A stretch of DNA of 64,000 nt from Camelus dromedarius (Eukaryota): positions 24,430,001 to 24,494,000 of the forward strand of contig NC_087437.1 of NCBI RefSeq assembly GCF_036321535.1, written 5' to 3'. Shown here in pieces: positions 63,304 through 64,000 of the stretch (within the stretch, counting starts at the first letter, position 1; each line of letters opens with the position of its first letter). A model generated the notes under the pieces. That model worked only from the letters and a program-made list of their open reading frames with translations. It searched no databases and was not told the origin of the DNA. The translations under genes were made by a program, and so were the position numbers.

Positions 63304-64000
63304 AAGAGTCCAACACTGAAAGCAACTTAAAAACACATTCAAGTCACTTAAAACCCCAAGAACAAATTGATCAAGTGAAGATTGAGAGCAACGCGTGTCA
63401 GCTGAACGTGTTTCTAGTGGAAGTACATCATTTGAGGGAAGTGTCCTCATGTGGACACTTCTGAGTGGCTGTTTCATTGAACTACATCTGGCAGCCTTGT
63501 TCCTTTTTCTGCACAGCATCTATCCCATTTACTGCATTTTTCCATTTCCTGATTTCAGCATCTATCGTCCTTGCTTTCCTATGGTAGAGAGAGAATGGAA
63601 TCTCTTTGTTTATAAAATATAAAGAACCCTGACAGCTTTCCTACAGTCTAAGGAAATTAATTATATTTTAAGAGGATTATAATGAGAGAAAGAAAGAAAA
63701 TATCTTGAAATGGACCTTCTAAAGTCCAAGAATAATCAAAACTGAATCTCACTGAGGAAGAGAAAGCTGATACATCTTTTCCTTTTCAAGACTTTTCTCA
63801 CTTAAAGTTATAGTATCTACACAGCACAGAATGAAATAATAGTTTTCTAATCACTTATGGTGAGAAGAGCTGTTTAAATTTATTCATTTATATTTTAAGA
63901 GAAAAAATGTATATGTAAATATGTTCAGTAAAACCGAATTTTAATTATACTAATTTCAAGGGTAGAAATATTAGCATTATCTTATATTTTTCTACAATCT

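Overview
AT-rich mammalian genomic DNA, probably camelid, judged from seven copies of a tRNA-derived SINE resembling the camelid Vic-1 type. I found no recognisable intact protein-coding gene, rRNA, tRNA gene or CRISPR array. Most of the ORF track is chance ORFs or decayed LINE-1 ORF2 fragments. Roughly a third of the window is transposon debris: L1, L2, MIR, SINEs, ERV1/ERVL/MaLR LTRs, and MER44/MER5 DNA elements. All LTRs and most L1s lie on the + strand, which suggests the window is inside a long minus-strand transcription unit that I cannot name. The best non-repeat signals are two minus-strand exon candidates that splice in frame: a 129-nt symmetric exon at 34807-34679 and an exon starting at 25631. 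The second carries a CpG-retaining, apparently structured RNA element. Several unusual retrotransposition products are also visible: a polyadenylated LTR copy with TSDs, an orphan poly(A) insert, a 52-bp target duplication, a twin-primed L1, and SINEs carrying flanking DNA. Repeat family names come from recalled consensus motifs, not from a database search. I cannot demonstrate a new biological system from sequence alone.
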